A stretch of 63,346 nucleotides of DNA, the filler included, from Octopus bimaculoides (lineage: Eukaryota), in assembly GCF_001194135.2 (NCBI RefSeq). It is 4 parts of 4 records of this genome, joined end to end, with 100 filler letters (N's around TTAATTAATTAA, not from the genome) between each part and the next. Parts side by side here need not be neighbours in the genome. Positions count along the whole stretch, not along the records: positions 1 to 16,809 come from NC_068986.1; 3 more parts are not named here. The stretch is one strand, 5' to 3'. The notes beneath the pieces were generated by a model. That model saw only the letters and a program-made list of their open reading frames with translations, did no database searches and was not told the origin of the DNA. Position 1 is the first letter of the stretch, and every line of letters starts with the position of its first letter. Position numbers and translations under genes: made by a program. Of this stretch, positions 1 to 12,538 are shown piece by piece.

Positions 1-360
1 AGCTAATCTATGATGAAGCACTAGTCTGATCTTAAGTACTCTGTCACTTACTCTAACGACCTCGATTACCTTATCCACCCATTTCTCCGCTAGAAGTATT
101 CCTACGCCCCCGACCCCGTCAGTGTTCCCTGCCCAGAAAATCTTGTACCTGTGTTCTTTGCCTGTGAGGAACCTTGCAGAACCTCCTCTCCATCTTACTT
201 CCTGGATGCAGCACATATCTACGCATCTCCGTTCAAGCATCTCAACAATTTCACCAGATCTACCTTTCAGCGTGCCGACGTTGAGAGTGCCAATCCTAAC
301 AATATGGGTGTTGGGGGTGTGGGCCTGTAGCCTGGGAAGGGGAAAAGCAGTGTCGTGTTT
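1..360 (-). mobile_element. RTE-clade LINE, N-terminal AP-endonuclease coding region; continues left out of the window
   Basis: My translation of 300->1 is open: VRIGTLNVGTLKGRSGEIVEMLERRCVDMCCIQEVRWRGGSARFLTGKEHRYKIFWAGNTDGVGGVGILLAEKWVDKVIEVVRVSDRVLKIRLVLHHRLA, with APE motifs GTLNV, CIQE and GVGILL. The frame stays open to an in-frame stop at 361-363. It has no ATG, so it is absent from the ORF track. Confidence 0.93.
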
Positions 361-972
361 CTAAAACTGATGTTCATATATAACTGATCCTAAAACTGAT
401 GTTCATATATAAGGGTATGCTTTATTAAGCATAAACCTTTGCCATAATTAAAAAAAAAATTTCAATTTTTATTCTGACTCTAAAGAAAATGGAAAATCTG
501 TTAGCTGTTAGGCTTAGGCCTCACAAATGTAATATAGTGAGCTGAAAAAATCCTCAACCAACTGAGATTGTCTGAGCAATTAATGGAGAAAAACACTTTC
601 TTAAGATGCTTAAAAATCTAAAAACAATAAGCAAGGGAGATAACTGGCAGTTTTGCTCTTTCTAACGACTTATTTCTCAGTTTCAGTCAATCTAACTCAA
701 CCATATTGTTATACAGCTACTAAAAACTTAAACATGAGACTTGAATACCTTAAAAAAAAAAAAACAGAAAAGTTATTGCATTTAGTATGTCAATGCATAT
801 TAATTACCTTAGATGCTTTTAAGGTATCATATATAAGTTTTCCCATCACAACTGAGAATTATATGGATATATATATATGTGTATTTGGGTGTGACTGCAA
901 ATGACATCATCAATATCATTTATTTAGTGTTCCTCTTTTCCAAACTACCTTTCTGCACTCATATACATGCAT

Positions 973-977
<5 letters not shown>

Positions 978-1016
<39 letters not shown>
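978..1016. repeat. (CA)n microsatellite
   Basis: Perfect CA run. Confidence 0.97.
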
Positions 1017-1019
<3 letters not shown>

Positions 1020-1749
1020 TACATACAGATATGTGTGTGTGTGTGTGAAAGTGAACTATAATAAAAGCATTCTCCCACATCATATTTATTCTTACTTATC
1101 ATGTAGATGAAACCAACATTACCATGAATACATAAACCAAATGATACAATTTCATAAAAAAGCCAAGCAAGTGGGTACCATCAGAAAATCCTATATGAAG
1201 TAACCTTTCTCCTTTATTCAGTGAATATCAGTGAAATAAATGGTGGCTTTATATTAGTTCTTTGTTGTGAGGATTTCCTGTCAAACTGGTGTGTTACAAT
1301 AACTATAGTTCTTTTCACCTCTTATGGCTTCCTTTACAGAGGAGACTAACTCAGGTTTATTATTTCTCAGTCCTCAATCCTTATTGTTTGTTAATAATTC
1401 TATTCCACACAAACTTCTGATCTGTCTAGCTAATATCTTGCTAAAAGTGCTTGAGTGGGGGCCTTTATGTGGACATTCTGCTTGATTGAAATAGCAGCAA
1501 AATTTCTTTCAAACCTCATTCTTTTTTGAATGACTATACAAGATAACCTAGTCCTAGATATAACATGCCCGAAAGTTGGGATTGTCACAGCTGGAATACT
1601 GGTTGAGTGATGAAAATTCAACACAGAAAAACGCATATATAGGGCAAGTTTTATCTGTTTGTATGTTGAATCTTTTCTTTGACAAAGGTAAAAACTATTG
1701 CATATATAAAGAACATCAGAAATCATACCAGTTGGCATTCACTTGAAAA

Positions 1750-1875
1750 TGGTTTCAAATCTTAGCACAGGGCCAGTAGTTTTTCGGGGAAGGGGAAGTT
1801 GATTACACAAACCCTGATACTTGATCGGTACTTATTTTATCGATTCCGAGAAAATGAAAGATAAAGTTGACCTTC
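1750..1875 (-). mobile_element. Degenerate fragment of tRNA-derived SINE family 1 (body and tail)
   Basis: Similar to the better-preserved copies at 15384-15635 and 39078-39295 (gtacttattttatcga...gaaa...aaagttgacc). Confidence 0.7.
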
Positions 1876-2164
1876 AAAAAATACATGATAATAATAGCTG
1901 CAAAGACACAATAGCTGTATAGTTAAGGTATTGGACTAATCACCAATTGGTTTCAAGTTCATAACTTACTACTGCCACTGTGTTGTATTGCTAATCTGTT
2001 TTGAGCTGTTTTGCCTGATTGACCACTTTATACTTTCGAGGTTGTTGTTATGTAATCCTAGGTCATCTTTCATTGAGCAGATATAGAATTAAAGGTACTC
2101 CAGTTATAACCATCCTACGTTTTTAGAGGATATCTTCTTCCTTTCACAGATGGTACATGAGGCT

Positions 2165-2340
<176 letters not shown>

Positions 2341-2469
2341 CACTTTACAGAGTGTACTAGGTGCTTTTACACAGCACCGGCATGAGGGTGTTAACATGGC
2401 ACCGATACAGGTGTTTTTTACGTAGCACCAGCTCAAAGCTGCGACCTGGCCACTGACACATGTGTTCTG

Positions 2470-2563
2470 CATATAAAAATCTTACTAAATTCTTCATTCT
2501 TTACAAAATTATTTGAAACAAAGGCAACATGATTCAACAGAAATATGGTAAGAAAAGGGTTAA
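2470..2563. mobile_element. Right end of a piggyBac-like MITE
   Basis: Ends AAAAGGG followed by TTAA (2560-2563), the same terminus type as the complete MITE at 50791-51010. Confidence 0.5.
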
Positions 2564-3835
2564 GAATGAAGCCCCTGGAGATACCAAAGTTGCAGATACT
2601 TCCTTGTCATTCTTGCCATTAGAAATGTCACCAATCAGTGATTGGGTCATTGGAAACCAGTAATCAATGATGCTGTTGTTCGCAATTTGCGTTATGAAAT
2701 ATAATGGATAAATAAAATTGGACTAGATGGCATTAAGCATTCAGTTCAGCATTCTACCGCATTATTGTTCTTTCTGCAATGTACTAGATGATAAAAATAT
2801 TCAGAATAGTTAACAACATGTAAAATTTTCTCTATTAAAAATTACATAATATTCAAATCTAAACCTCCTGTCTTGTATATTTTTCATACCTTATCCTTTT
2901 TGCTTTACTTTGAACTCTCTGACAACAGTATTTTATTGCTGAAATAGTTATATATAGTAGCCATTACAAGTGTTACCAGCAGCTGCTTAACGCTTAGCTT
3001 AAGCTGCAAGGAAACTGTATAGCAAAAATGTATTGGCCAAATTCTATCAACGTCAATATAAATACTTTAAATACAGAAGATATATGAAGAATTATTGGCT
3101 GAATTCTATCAATGACAACAGAACTAGGTTAGTTAAAGAAAACAAAAAGAAAAAAATAACTGGAATAATAAAAAAAAATATATAGCAATCCATACAGAGG
3201 CCATAAAATAGTAATTAAATGCCTGGAAAGAAACCTTGATACCATATTTTTTGCTTTTTTTATAGTTTTGTTTTGTTTTTTTCCTACTCATTTTATTTCA
3301 TTTCTTTCTTTAGATTACTATATAGGGAAATAGTTGCGAAAATATTGATTGTTCTGAGTTGGCCTTGAATATCAATTGGTGAATATTGTTTCTATCAGGT
3401 TTAGTTTACAGCTTGGAAAAACAACAGTCAGAAGAATTCTCCTTTATTTATATTGACTGTTGTTAAATGAGGGAAAATGTTTTTTTTTAATGAAGCAATA
3501 AAAATAAAAGAAGAAAGCATTTGTAAAAAAAAAAATTAATTATAAATCCTGAAGCAAAGGTATAGGATCAGATGACTTGCTTGTGAAGCTTCTGAACAAC
3601 TACCAAAAGGTTGCTGTTTTCTGTACAAATGTTTCATTTATTTACTGGGTTGGATGAGAACGAGGTTAGCTCGTTAACTTTAAGAGCAAATGTGTGTGTG
3701 TGTAACTGCATGTATGTATCTATGTATGTATGTACGTGTGTGTGTGTGTGTGTGTATGAATGTATGTATGCATGTATGTATGCATGTGTGCATGCATACA
3801 TGCACACACATATAAAATACATATATATGTTTATA

Positions 3836-4470
3836 TCAGGTAGAGAAAAAGTAAGCAACGTTTTGAAACATGAAGAATTTGTACCAGATTTTTGCAGAGT
3901 TTTGAATTTTTTAAAAACATTTTTTAGCAATTGTCTGATAATACAGACATAGACTTACCCAAATGCATCAATAAATTAACTTTGATATTTTTTTCACCAT
4001 TGTTACAATTGTCTGAAATGGAACTGTCAAAGCACAATATTTGAGCAATTTTGCTATTCAACTTCAAAAAAGGACGTAAAGCAGCTGAAACTGCTCGTGA
4101 TATCAATGAAATGTTTTGTGAAGAAATGACCAGTGAGTGGTCAGCTCGAAAATGGTTTAAACAATTTCGCAGTGGAGAACTGAGCCTTGAAGATCATGAA
4201 TGTAGTGGACTCCCATCTGTCATCGATGACGGTCAATTAAAGACTGTCATTGAGAAAGGTTCACGTGAAACCACTCGAGAACTGGCAAAAGAACTTCAAG
4301 TTAACCAGAAAACTGCCTGCAACCATTTGCATGTGATTGGAAAATCAAAAAAGCTAGATTTGAATGAAAATCAGAAAACGCACAGATATGAAATTTGCTC
4401 TTCACTTCTTCATAACCAGACTGATCCATTTCTTGACTGTATTGTAACTTGTGATGAAAAGTAGATTCTC
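3836..4470 (+). mobile_element. Mariner (Hsmar1/cecropia-like) transposon, left half, pseudogenised
   Basis: TA (3834-3835) is followed by the TIR-like TCAGGTAGAGAAAAAGTAAGC. Transposase from ATG 4018: MELSKHNI*AILLFNFKKGRKAAETARDIN...WFKQFRSGELSLEDHE...TTRELAKEL...FLDCIVTCDEK*IL. It has two stops and has lost the WVPHE motif. Confidence 0.93.
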
Positions 4471-4559
4471 CAGAGAAAGAAGCCATTTATTTATCTCTTC
4501 AGCAAGATATATTCCTGTCTCTGTCATACTTGAATATCCCTCAATATTACACCCATTCA

Positions 4560-4797
4560 GTTGAAAGGGCTTTGTTTTGTGAGTACTTGGTGATCTCATC
4601 TGTGTTGGTGCCATGAAGAAAGCATTCAGTACACTTTGTGAGGTGGCTTGCATAAAGAGGGGCATCCAGTGATAGAAACCATGCCAAAACACACATTGGA
4701 GCTTGGCACAGCCCTCTGTCTTGTCAGTTCCTTTCAAACCATCCAGCATGCCAGCACGGGAAAAGGGATGTTAAATGATGATGATGATGATGATGAT
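4560..4797 (+). mobile_element. Old RTE LINE 3' tail with (GAT)n
   Basis: Diverged match to the tail at 35590-35750 (gggcatccag...agaaac...ccagcatgccagcacggg...gttaaatgatgatg). Confidence 0.7.
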
Positions 4798-5724
4798 GCA
4801 AATACACATGAGCATATATGCATAATACATACATACACATATTATACATGCTGTTAAGGATAAAGAAGTATGTACCATCGTAGGGGCCAGTGAAAATCAA
4901 TGAGGAAGAAGATAATTATGGTTGACTACTTTGAATATTTCAGCTTCTACATCCAAATTATAAATTCACATTTATCACAGTAATCACACTTTTGGTTTTG
5001 TTAGTAAATGCTTAAGTGATCATTTTGGAAAGTTAGGGTTTTCCAGGTTGTTTACAAAGTTGTCATTGAGTGGAGTATGAACACATTAGCAGCAGCAGCA
5101 GTCCTATGTGGGGGTAACCAAATTTGATGTAACCCAACAAGACTGCTGATGATTTTATGTGTTCATATTCTACTGAATGACAACTCAGCTACTTGTGCTA
5201 ACAACCCATCCCACCATGTGCAATACCCAATTCAAGGAACTGATGTCGCTGAATACACTATCCCTTAGTCTTTTACCAAAGTGGTACCAGCATCCTGCTA
5301 ACATTCTGGTCTGAACACATGAGCCAAAAATAAAGGGAATAGCTGTTGTTGCTTTGATAGCATTATTACTGTGACCTAAGGTGACCAATAGAGGACTAAA
5401 CACTTATAAGCCATCTTGAATTTCTCTCAGAACTCTCACTCTGCTCTCCGTGTCTGATGAGATGGACATGTCTTATGTGATCATGAAGGTTTAAGGCACA
5501 TGGAGCTGAGTTAAACTGTTATTAAATATATATGTAACTCCCGCCAAATGTGTTGAGTATTATTTTATTTTGTTTGTACACATATATGTATATTTATATA
5601 TATAATAAAATTGGAGTCTGGTGCAGCTTTCGAGCATGCCAACCCAGTTAAACTGTCCAACCCATGCCAACATGGACAACAGACGTTAAATGATGATGAT
5701 GATGATGATGATTATATATAAAGA

Positions 5725-5744
<20 letters not shown>

Positions 5745-5761
<17 letters not shown>

Positions 5762-5800
5762 TAGATAGATAGTTAGATACATATATATATATATATATAT

Positions 5801-5859
<59 letters not shown>

Positions 5860-5860
5860 T
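5745..5860. repeat. Compound (TA)n/(GA)n/(GATA)n microsatellite
   Basis: Directly visible. Confidence 0.95.
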
Positions 5861-6280
5861 GTGTATGTATACATATAAATATATGTGTGTGTATCTCTGT
5901 GTGTTAGCATTAAATGTCTAGTGGAAACAAAGAAGAGAACATGCAATGCTAAATAGAAGTTAGTAGAATAAATACGTATTTAAGCATAACTTAGTAATTC
6001 TAGTCACTTGCAGGAAGTGGCATTTAAATAACGGAAAAATGCTGCCATTGAGAAATCTAGAAAAGTAAGTTGCAGTGAATTTCTTAACATCACACACACA
6101 CACACACACACTCAGGCACGCACAAACACATATACGTACATGTAGGTGTGTATAGGTGCTGATGTACGCAAAAAATTCTATGAATTGAAATTTACCTCTT
6201 GTGTACGAGAGTGTGTGTGCATGTTTATGTTTGTATGCGTGTACGTAGATATATATACACACATGTATGTGTATATATAA

Positions 6281-6440
6281 GGCGTAGCTGTGCGGTGAGA
6301 GGTTTGCTTTCTAACCACATGGTTCCGGGTTCAGTCCCACTGCCTGGCACCTTGGGCAAGTGTCTTCTACTGTAACCTCAGGCCAACCAAAGCCTTGTGA
6401 GTAGATTTGGTAGATGGCGACTGAAAGACGCTTCTTGTAT
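6281..6440 (+). mobile_element. tRNA-derived SINE family 2
   Basis: Head with A/B-box-like motifs (gtagctgtgcggtgag...gggttcagtccc), then gcaccttgggcaagtgtcttctact...gtgagtagatttggtag. Many copies in the window. Confidence 0.85.
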
Positions 6441-6623
6441 ATATATATATGTATATATATTTGTGTGTGTGTGTGTACAAAAAATTTCTATGAACTGAAA
6501 TTTACCTTTCTTGTGTGTAGTTTTCTACCAGGCTGGCTCTTGTCAAACCATTCAATGATGCCTGCATGGAAGGTGGATATTAAATGATGATGATGATGAT
6601 GATGATATATATGTATATATATA

Positions 6624-6750
6624 CAGGGTGTCCACAAAGTCTGAGTACATGCGCATTAACACATACTTTAAGAAATTATTAATTCTTATATTTAATTGTT
6701 TATGTTATGATTTTATATACTCCATCTACCCAGACTTTGCGGACAGCCTG
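6624..6750. mobile_element. 127-bp Tc1/mariner-type MITE
   Basis: TA-CAGGGTGTCCACAAAGTCTGAGTA ... TACCCAGACTTTGCGGACAGCCTG-TA: about 24-bp TIRs with a TA target duplication. Confidence 0.9.
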
Positions 6751-6792
6751 TAGGTGCCTACATATATACATATATATGTATATATGTGGGTG

Positions 6793-7235
6793 TCTGTGCG
6801 TGAGAAGACCCGGCAAGCCAAGTAAGATCGTTGCCAGTGCCCTTGTACTGGCTCTTGTGCGGGTGGCACATAAGATGCACCATTTTGAGCGTGGCCGTTG
6901 CCAGTACCGCCTGACTGGCCTCCGTAGGATTTTCGAGCGAGATCGTTGCCAATGCCCCTGGACTGGCTTGTGTGGGTGGCACATAAAAGACACCATTTCG
7001 AGCGTGGCCGTTGCCAGTATCGCCTGACTGGCCTTCGTGCAGGTGACACGTAAAAGCACCTACTACACTCTCTGAGTGGTTGGCGTTAGGAAGGGCATCC
7101 AGCTGTAGAAACTCTGCCAAATTTAGATTGGAGCCTGGTGTTGCCATCCGGTTTCACCAGTCCTCAGTCAAGTTGTCCAACCCATGCTAGCATGGAAAGC
7201 GGACGTTAAATGATGATGATGATGATGATGATGAT
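6793..7235 (+). mobile_element. RTE LINE 3' UTR with four GCCAGT-N8-ACTGGC hairpin modules and (GAT)n tail
   Basis: Matches the 3' UTR that follows the RT C-terminus at 35140-35750. Hairpins start at 6833, 6900, 6948 (one mismatch) and 7013. Confidence 0.9.
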
Positions 7236-7247
7236 ATATATACACAT

Positions 7248-7592
7248 AGGTGCAGGTGTTGTTGTGTAATAAGAAGTTTGCTTCCCAACCACATGGTTTA
7301 AGGTTCAGTTTCAGTGTGGGGCACCTTGGACAAGCATCTTCTGTTGTAGCCTCAAGCCAAAGCTTTGTGAGTAGATTTGGTACATGGAAACTAAAAAAGG
7401 TGGCGAGATGGCAGAAACGTTAGCACACCAGGCGAAATGCTTAGTGGTATTTCATCTGCCGTTACGTTCTGAGTTCAGATTCTGCTGAGGTCAACTTTGC
7501 CATTCATCCTTTTGGGGTCGATAAATTAAGTACCAGTTATGCAGTGGGGTCGATGTAATCAACTTAATCCCTTTGTCTGCCCTTGTTTGTCC
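7248..7592 (+). mobile_element. SINE family 2 (about 7248-7395) followed directly by SINE family 1 (about 7397-7592)
   Basis: Both heads are recognisable; the family 1 head reads ggcgagatggcagaaacgttagc...gagttcagattc. Confidence 0.85.
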
Positions 7593-7607
7593 CCGATGAT
7601 GATGATG

Positions 7608-7642
<35 letters not shown>

Positions 7643-8578
7643 TATATATATATACATACATATATACATATATATACATACATATATATATGTATATATA
7701 TACATATAAACATATACATCTACATGTATATATATATACATCTATACATATACATCTATATATATACATATATATATATATATACATACATATATAAGTG
7801 CAGATGTATACACATACACACACACATACATACACACACACACATATATATGTGTGAGATAATAGTTTCACTTTTAATACTTTCAGTATTAATAGTGAAA
7901 GTATTAAAAACTGAAAGTATTATCTCACATTACAATAGAGATGTTATTGTTTTAAAGGTGAAATAGTGTAAGAGATAAGAGATTGCTCCGGGCTAGCATT
8001 AGGCAAGAAATTGAGCATTTTTTTTTGGCCCATGACACTGCATAGACCCTTAGTAAGGCAGGTGTATAATTTGAATGAAATTGGTCTGGTAGTTCTCAAG
8101 CTTTAGTGATGCGCATGCGCATGCACACACACAAACATTCTTAGTTTTATATTTATAGATGACTTGAGATATTCGTCCTACTTTGGTTTTTTTTATATCC
8201 TTTTCTTCTAATGTATATTGTATACAGACACACATACATGCACACACACACCTACAGTTGATAGATGGAAAGACAGAACAGACAGACAGATAGAGAGATG
8301 ACATTTGAAAATTTCCCTGGAGTGACTGTTGCATTCAGTATGTTAGCCTGTACATACATATCTAAAAGTATAGATGGCTTCATAGATGCTATCTATTCTC
8401 AGAACTGATGGATATAGCATAATATGGAAACACATAGCTGTTGCATAGACTTGCATATTTCATCTCACACTGGCGACTATCTCTAAACTTCTTAAGTGAG
8501 CTGTTTGGATGTTGGTGTACATGGAGGAAGAGAATTAATTGTAAAGTATTTATTTATTTTTTTTATATGTGCAAAAGA

Positions 8579-8675
8579 ATCATCATCATCATCATCGTCA
8601 TCATCATCATCATCATCTTTATCATCTTCATCATCATCATCATCGTCGTCATCATCGTCATCATCATCATCATCG

Positions 8676-8716
<41 letters not shown>

Positions 8717-8818
8717 TTCATCGTCATCATCATCATCATCATCATCGTCGTCGTCGTCATCATCATCAACATCGTCGTCATCATCATCATCATCATCATC
8801 ATTATCACCATCATCATT

Positions 8819-8872
<54 letters not shown>
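8579..8872. repeat. Long (CAT)n/(CGT)n trinucleotide repeat
   Basis: Explains the poly-I, poly-D, poly-S, poly-H and poly-M ORFs. Confidence 0.97.
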
Positions 8873-8873
<1 letters not shown>

Positions 8874-10037
8874 CTATCACTCCCACCATCTCCATCATTC
8901 TCATACTCATGATCACAGCCACTTATATTACTCTCAGCATTATCAACACCACCACCAGTCCCACCACCACCACCACCGTCTCCACTACCACTGACCATCA
9001 TCAGCATCCCTACCATCACCATCACAATCACTGCAAACACCAAGACAATGAGAGAGTTTCAACTCGCCAGAATAAGCAGCCGAATCTCCCTCAAATCATA
9101 CTTTGTTTGTCTTAAACAAAGCTATGTTGGATAATGTGATTCTGGGTTCCATGCAGAGATGAAAAAGATAGGTGTGACAGAAATCTAGCTGCACCCAAAC
9201 TACAATAATTCTAGAATGTTTGGTGCCACTTTGGTAATATATTGATTTTTAAACAGGCATGTGCATAGCTGTGTGGTAAGAAGTTTGCTTCCCAACCATA
9301 CAGTTCTAGGTTCAGTCCCATTGCATGGCACCTTAGGCAAGAGTTTTCAACTATAGCTCCAGGTGAACATCCTTAAAATAAACAATCACATCATTGAAAT
9401 CTCAAAACTACAAAGTGATGTATGATTGATTCAAAACAATGTCAATAAATGAGCTTTACACTGAACAATGTAACTTGAATACTAAAGGGCTGATTGCTAA
9501 TTTGAGGGCCCTTTGCCAATGTTAGAAGTCTTTATTATTATATTTTTATTGTTCATGATTTAAGAAAAACATTAGGAATTTCCTTTCTTACATAAAATTA
9601 AAAGGTTGATTCTTTCTTTCTTTTTCCTTTTAAAAAACATACGTTAAAATGATCAAGATCAACAAATTCATTGTGAGAATGACCTCACAGTATCTAGCAT
9701 TGCTATTTTATATCTATTCTCAAGTGTAATTTCTCAGTATCTTTACAGAAGTAGTTGTACCAAAAGCAAACAAGATAATAGACACATTCCTTAACTGCCA
9801 TGTTTTCAATTCAACAGCTAAGCTAATTAAATCTCTTGACTTCTCAGTTCACTTCACAACAACATTATAGTCATTTGGTATTGCAATGTTGGCTGTTATT
9901 AATAAACTATTGCCATTTTTTTGTCATGCAAAATTATGTCAGACTTTTGTGATTCATGGTAGTCAGTCTGTCTTTATGCTAGAGTTCCATAATATTCTTG
10001 AAGTGTCGTTTTCTAAGTCAACTATTCATTAGAAGAG

Positions 10038-10232
10038 GCACAGACATGGCTGTGTGGTTAAGAAGTTTGCTTCCTAACCATATAATTTTGAGTTCAGTCC
10101 CACTGTGTGGCACCTTTGGTGAATGTCTTCTACTATAGAAGCACTGGGCCAATCAAGGTTTTGTGAGTAGGTTTTTGTTTACTGAAACTGAAGGAAGCTC
10201 ATTGTGTATGTATGTATGTATGTATGTATGTA
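10038..10232 (+). mobile_element. SINE family 2 with (TATG)n tail
   Basis: ggctgtgtggttaagaagtttgcttcc...gagttcagtcccact...; ends in TATG repeats. Confidence 0.85.
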
Positions 10233-10520
10233 AAGCTGGACTACCAGGCCGCTGGTGATGATGCTACACACCATACTAATCATGTCTGTTGGGCATGTGG
10301 AAGGGAGTGTGATTCAGCAGGAGGACTTAAACGACATGCAAAGGTACATGGAGTCCAATTACAACAACAGCCAGCTATTGCTAATAAAGGTTTTGGATGC
10401 CAACTCTGTGCAAGACATTGTAGATCTTTGACTGGGCTAAAAAGCCACATTCGATCACAGCACCGTTAAGTTAAGCTTCGTGCAATGGCCATACTCGATA
10501 ACGAGGAGGCAGCCATCATT
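10233..10520 (+). mobile_element. 5'-truncated LINE 3' end (RTE-BovB-like) encoding two C2H2 zinc fingers
   Basis: CWACGRECDSAGGLKRHAKVH (10287-10349) and CQLCARHCRSLTGLKSHIRSQH (10398-10463), then a stop and a short 3' UTR. Flanked on both sides by (TATG)n. The terminal C-x2-C...GLxSHxR finger is typical of some RTE ORF ends. Confidence 0.72.
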
Positions 10521-11356
10521 TATGTATGTATGTATGTACATATGTATGTGTCTACATGCATACACATTTATGTATCTGCATGTGTGTGTGTATATATTTG
10601 TATCTCTTTGCCTTGTCATTGCATGATAGTTGTAATTGGGTGTCATTGCCATACAAGCTGTGTCATTTATTTCCAATATTCTACAAGAACATATCTGGCC
10701 GTGGAGAAGTATTACCTTGCTTGGAAAACAGGTGGAGGTTGGTGATAGGAAGAGCATTCAGCTGTGAAAAATCTGTTTCAATTAGCTCTTTTTAACCCAT
10801 GTAAGCATGGAAAAGTAGACATTAAAACGATGATGGTGGCTACAAAGCTTTTCTCAGTAGCAGTGATTCTTTAATATTTGTGTTGTACTGAAGAGAAAAT
10901 AGAAAAGATATTTTGATATACCTTGAGCATAGACTCAAAAGACATAGTAAAGAAATAGCTTTTTAATATATTTTAGCCTATAAATATAAATTTAAACTTG
11001 AGATGATTAAGTATTTACATCTATATTCAACAAATGAACCATATTCACCAATAAGAAAAATGCTGTTTTTTGACATTTTCTATATTTGGTCATATTTGAG
11101 ATAAACATACCCTCATCTCATCTTCATTACAAAGAACTCTGTTTCTGTCGCTCCCCCCTCTCTCTCTTTCCCCCTCTCTGTATTTAATGTTAGTGCGTGC
11201 AGAAAATCCCAGTTCACAAAAATATGATGTAGAAAGTGAATCAAAATAGATAAATCTTTTTCAGTAACTGAATGATATTCTAATAAACATCTCAAATGTG
11301 TCAGTAGGTAATGTTATATCCTCAATTTTAATCTCATGACTGCTTACAATACTCTC

Positions 11357-11420
<64 letters not shown>

Positions 11421-11430
11421 NNNNNNNNNN

Positions 11431-11495
<65 letters not shown>

Positions 11496-12538
11496 TCTTC
11501 TAAAGAAATTCCTGTAAACGTGTTTTGAACCAAATTATAAACATTTGTGTTTAATGGAAGAAAATAGACTGATCATATGTTCTATATTAGGAATCATTTC
11601 TTCAACAATTGCTTTACATATTAAAGGAAACATTTCAATGTTACCATCTTTAGTTCTAGTTTTCCAAATTACATTTTTCCTTTTCTGATATGTGATCAGT
11701 TTATTAGAAGGAATTTAAGTTATTGTTTGAAGAAAGCAACAAAGAGAATGTAGTAAAATTTCTGTTGGGTGTAGAGTATCTAACATTTCAGAGTCCTTCT
11801 TCAGGGTAATAAAAATAGGAGGGAAAAAAAAAGGACAGTCATGTTTTAAATCCTTTAGATTTGAAAAATTGGCTGCTACTGATGGAGAACACAAGACAAT
11901 ATGAGTTCCATACATAGATAGGAAGTAATAGGAGAGAGAAACTGGGTGAGAGAGGGAAAAGGAAAGAGAAATGAAAAGTGGAAGAGGAGGTGGAGAGTAA
12001 AGTGTGAGTAAATTCATCAGTTTGCAAAGTAAATCCTGTATCTTTACATTTCTTCCATTCATTTTCTGAGATTCATAATTTGTCTATAAAATGTAATATA
12101 TGAGTAGAGAATTTTCATTATTTCTTGTTCTGCTTCATTTCCTAGAATAGTTTTAATCATCTTCCACATGTGGACAAAATAACTGACTTGTGATAAACTG
12201 TGTGACTTCAGTTTTTATGCTATCATTTTATCTATCTCAACAGAAGTGATCTGGGGGTTTTTTTGGGTGGGGGGGTTCAGAAATTCTTAATCCTTTCTTA
12301 TAACAGTTTCCTAACTTTTCTTGGTGTTCTGATGCTAGAAATAATTCAAATATTTTCTTAGATATTATGAGTGATTAGTCATAAAATGTCTTTTCGACTT
12401 ATTTGTTACCAAAGCTTCAATTAAAATTTTTTTGCAATACACAACACATAGAGAGAAAAGATTGATGCTTGTTTCCAGTCCAAGAAGAACAAAATTAAAA
12501 TGACTACAGTAATTGGGGGTTCTTTTACTTTATTAATA

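Noticed and set aside
2560-2730. About 60-codon open frame on the minus strand and about 30 codons on the plus strand
   Set aside because: No start, no good splice signals and no recognisable motif.
8441-9115. Long ORFs (poly-I, poly-D, poly-S, poly-H, poly-M)
   Set aside because: These are translations of a (CAT)n repeat, which has no stop in several frames. The same applies to the CA/TA/GA/AAT-derived ORFs at 2104, 7491, 16472, 29395, 33374, 35882 and 61641, and to ORFs running through N gaps.
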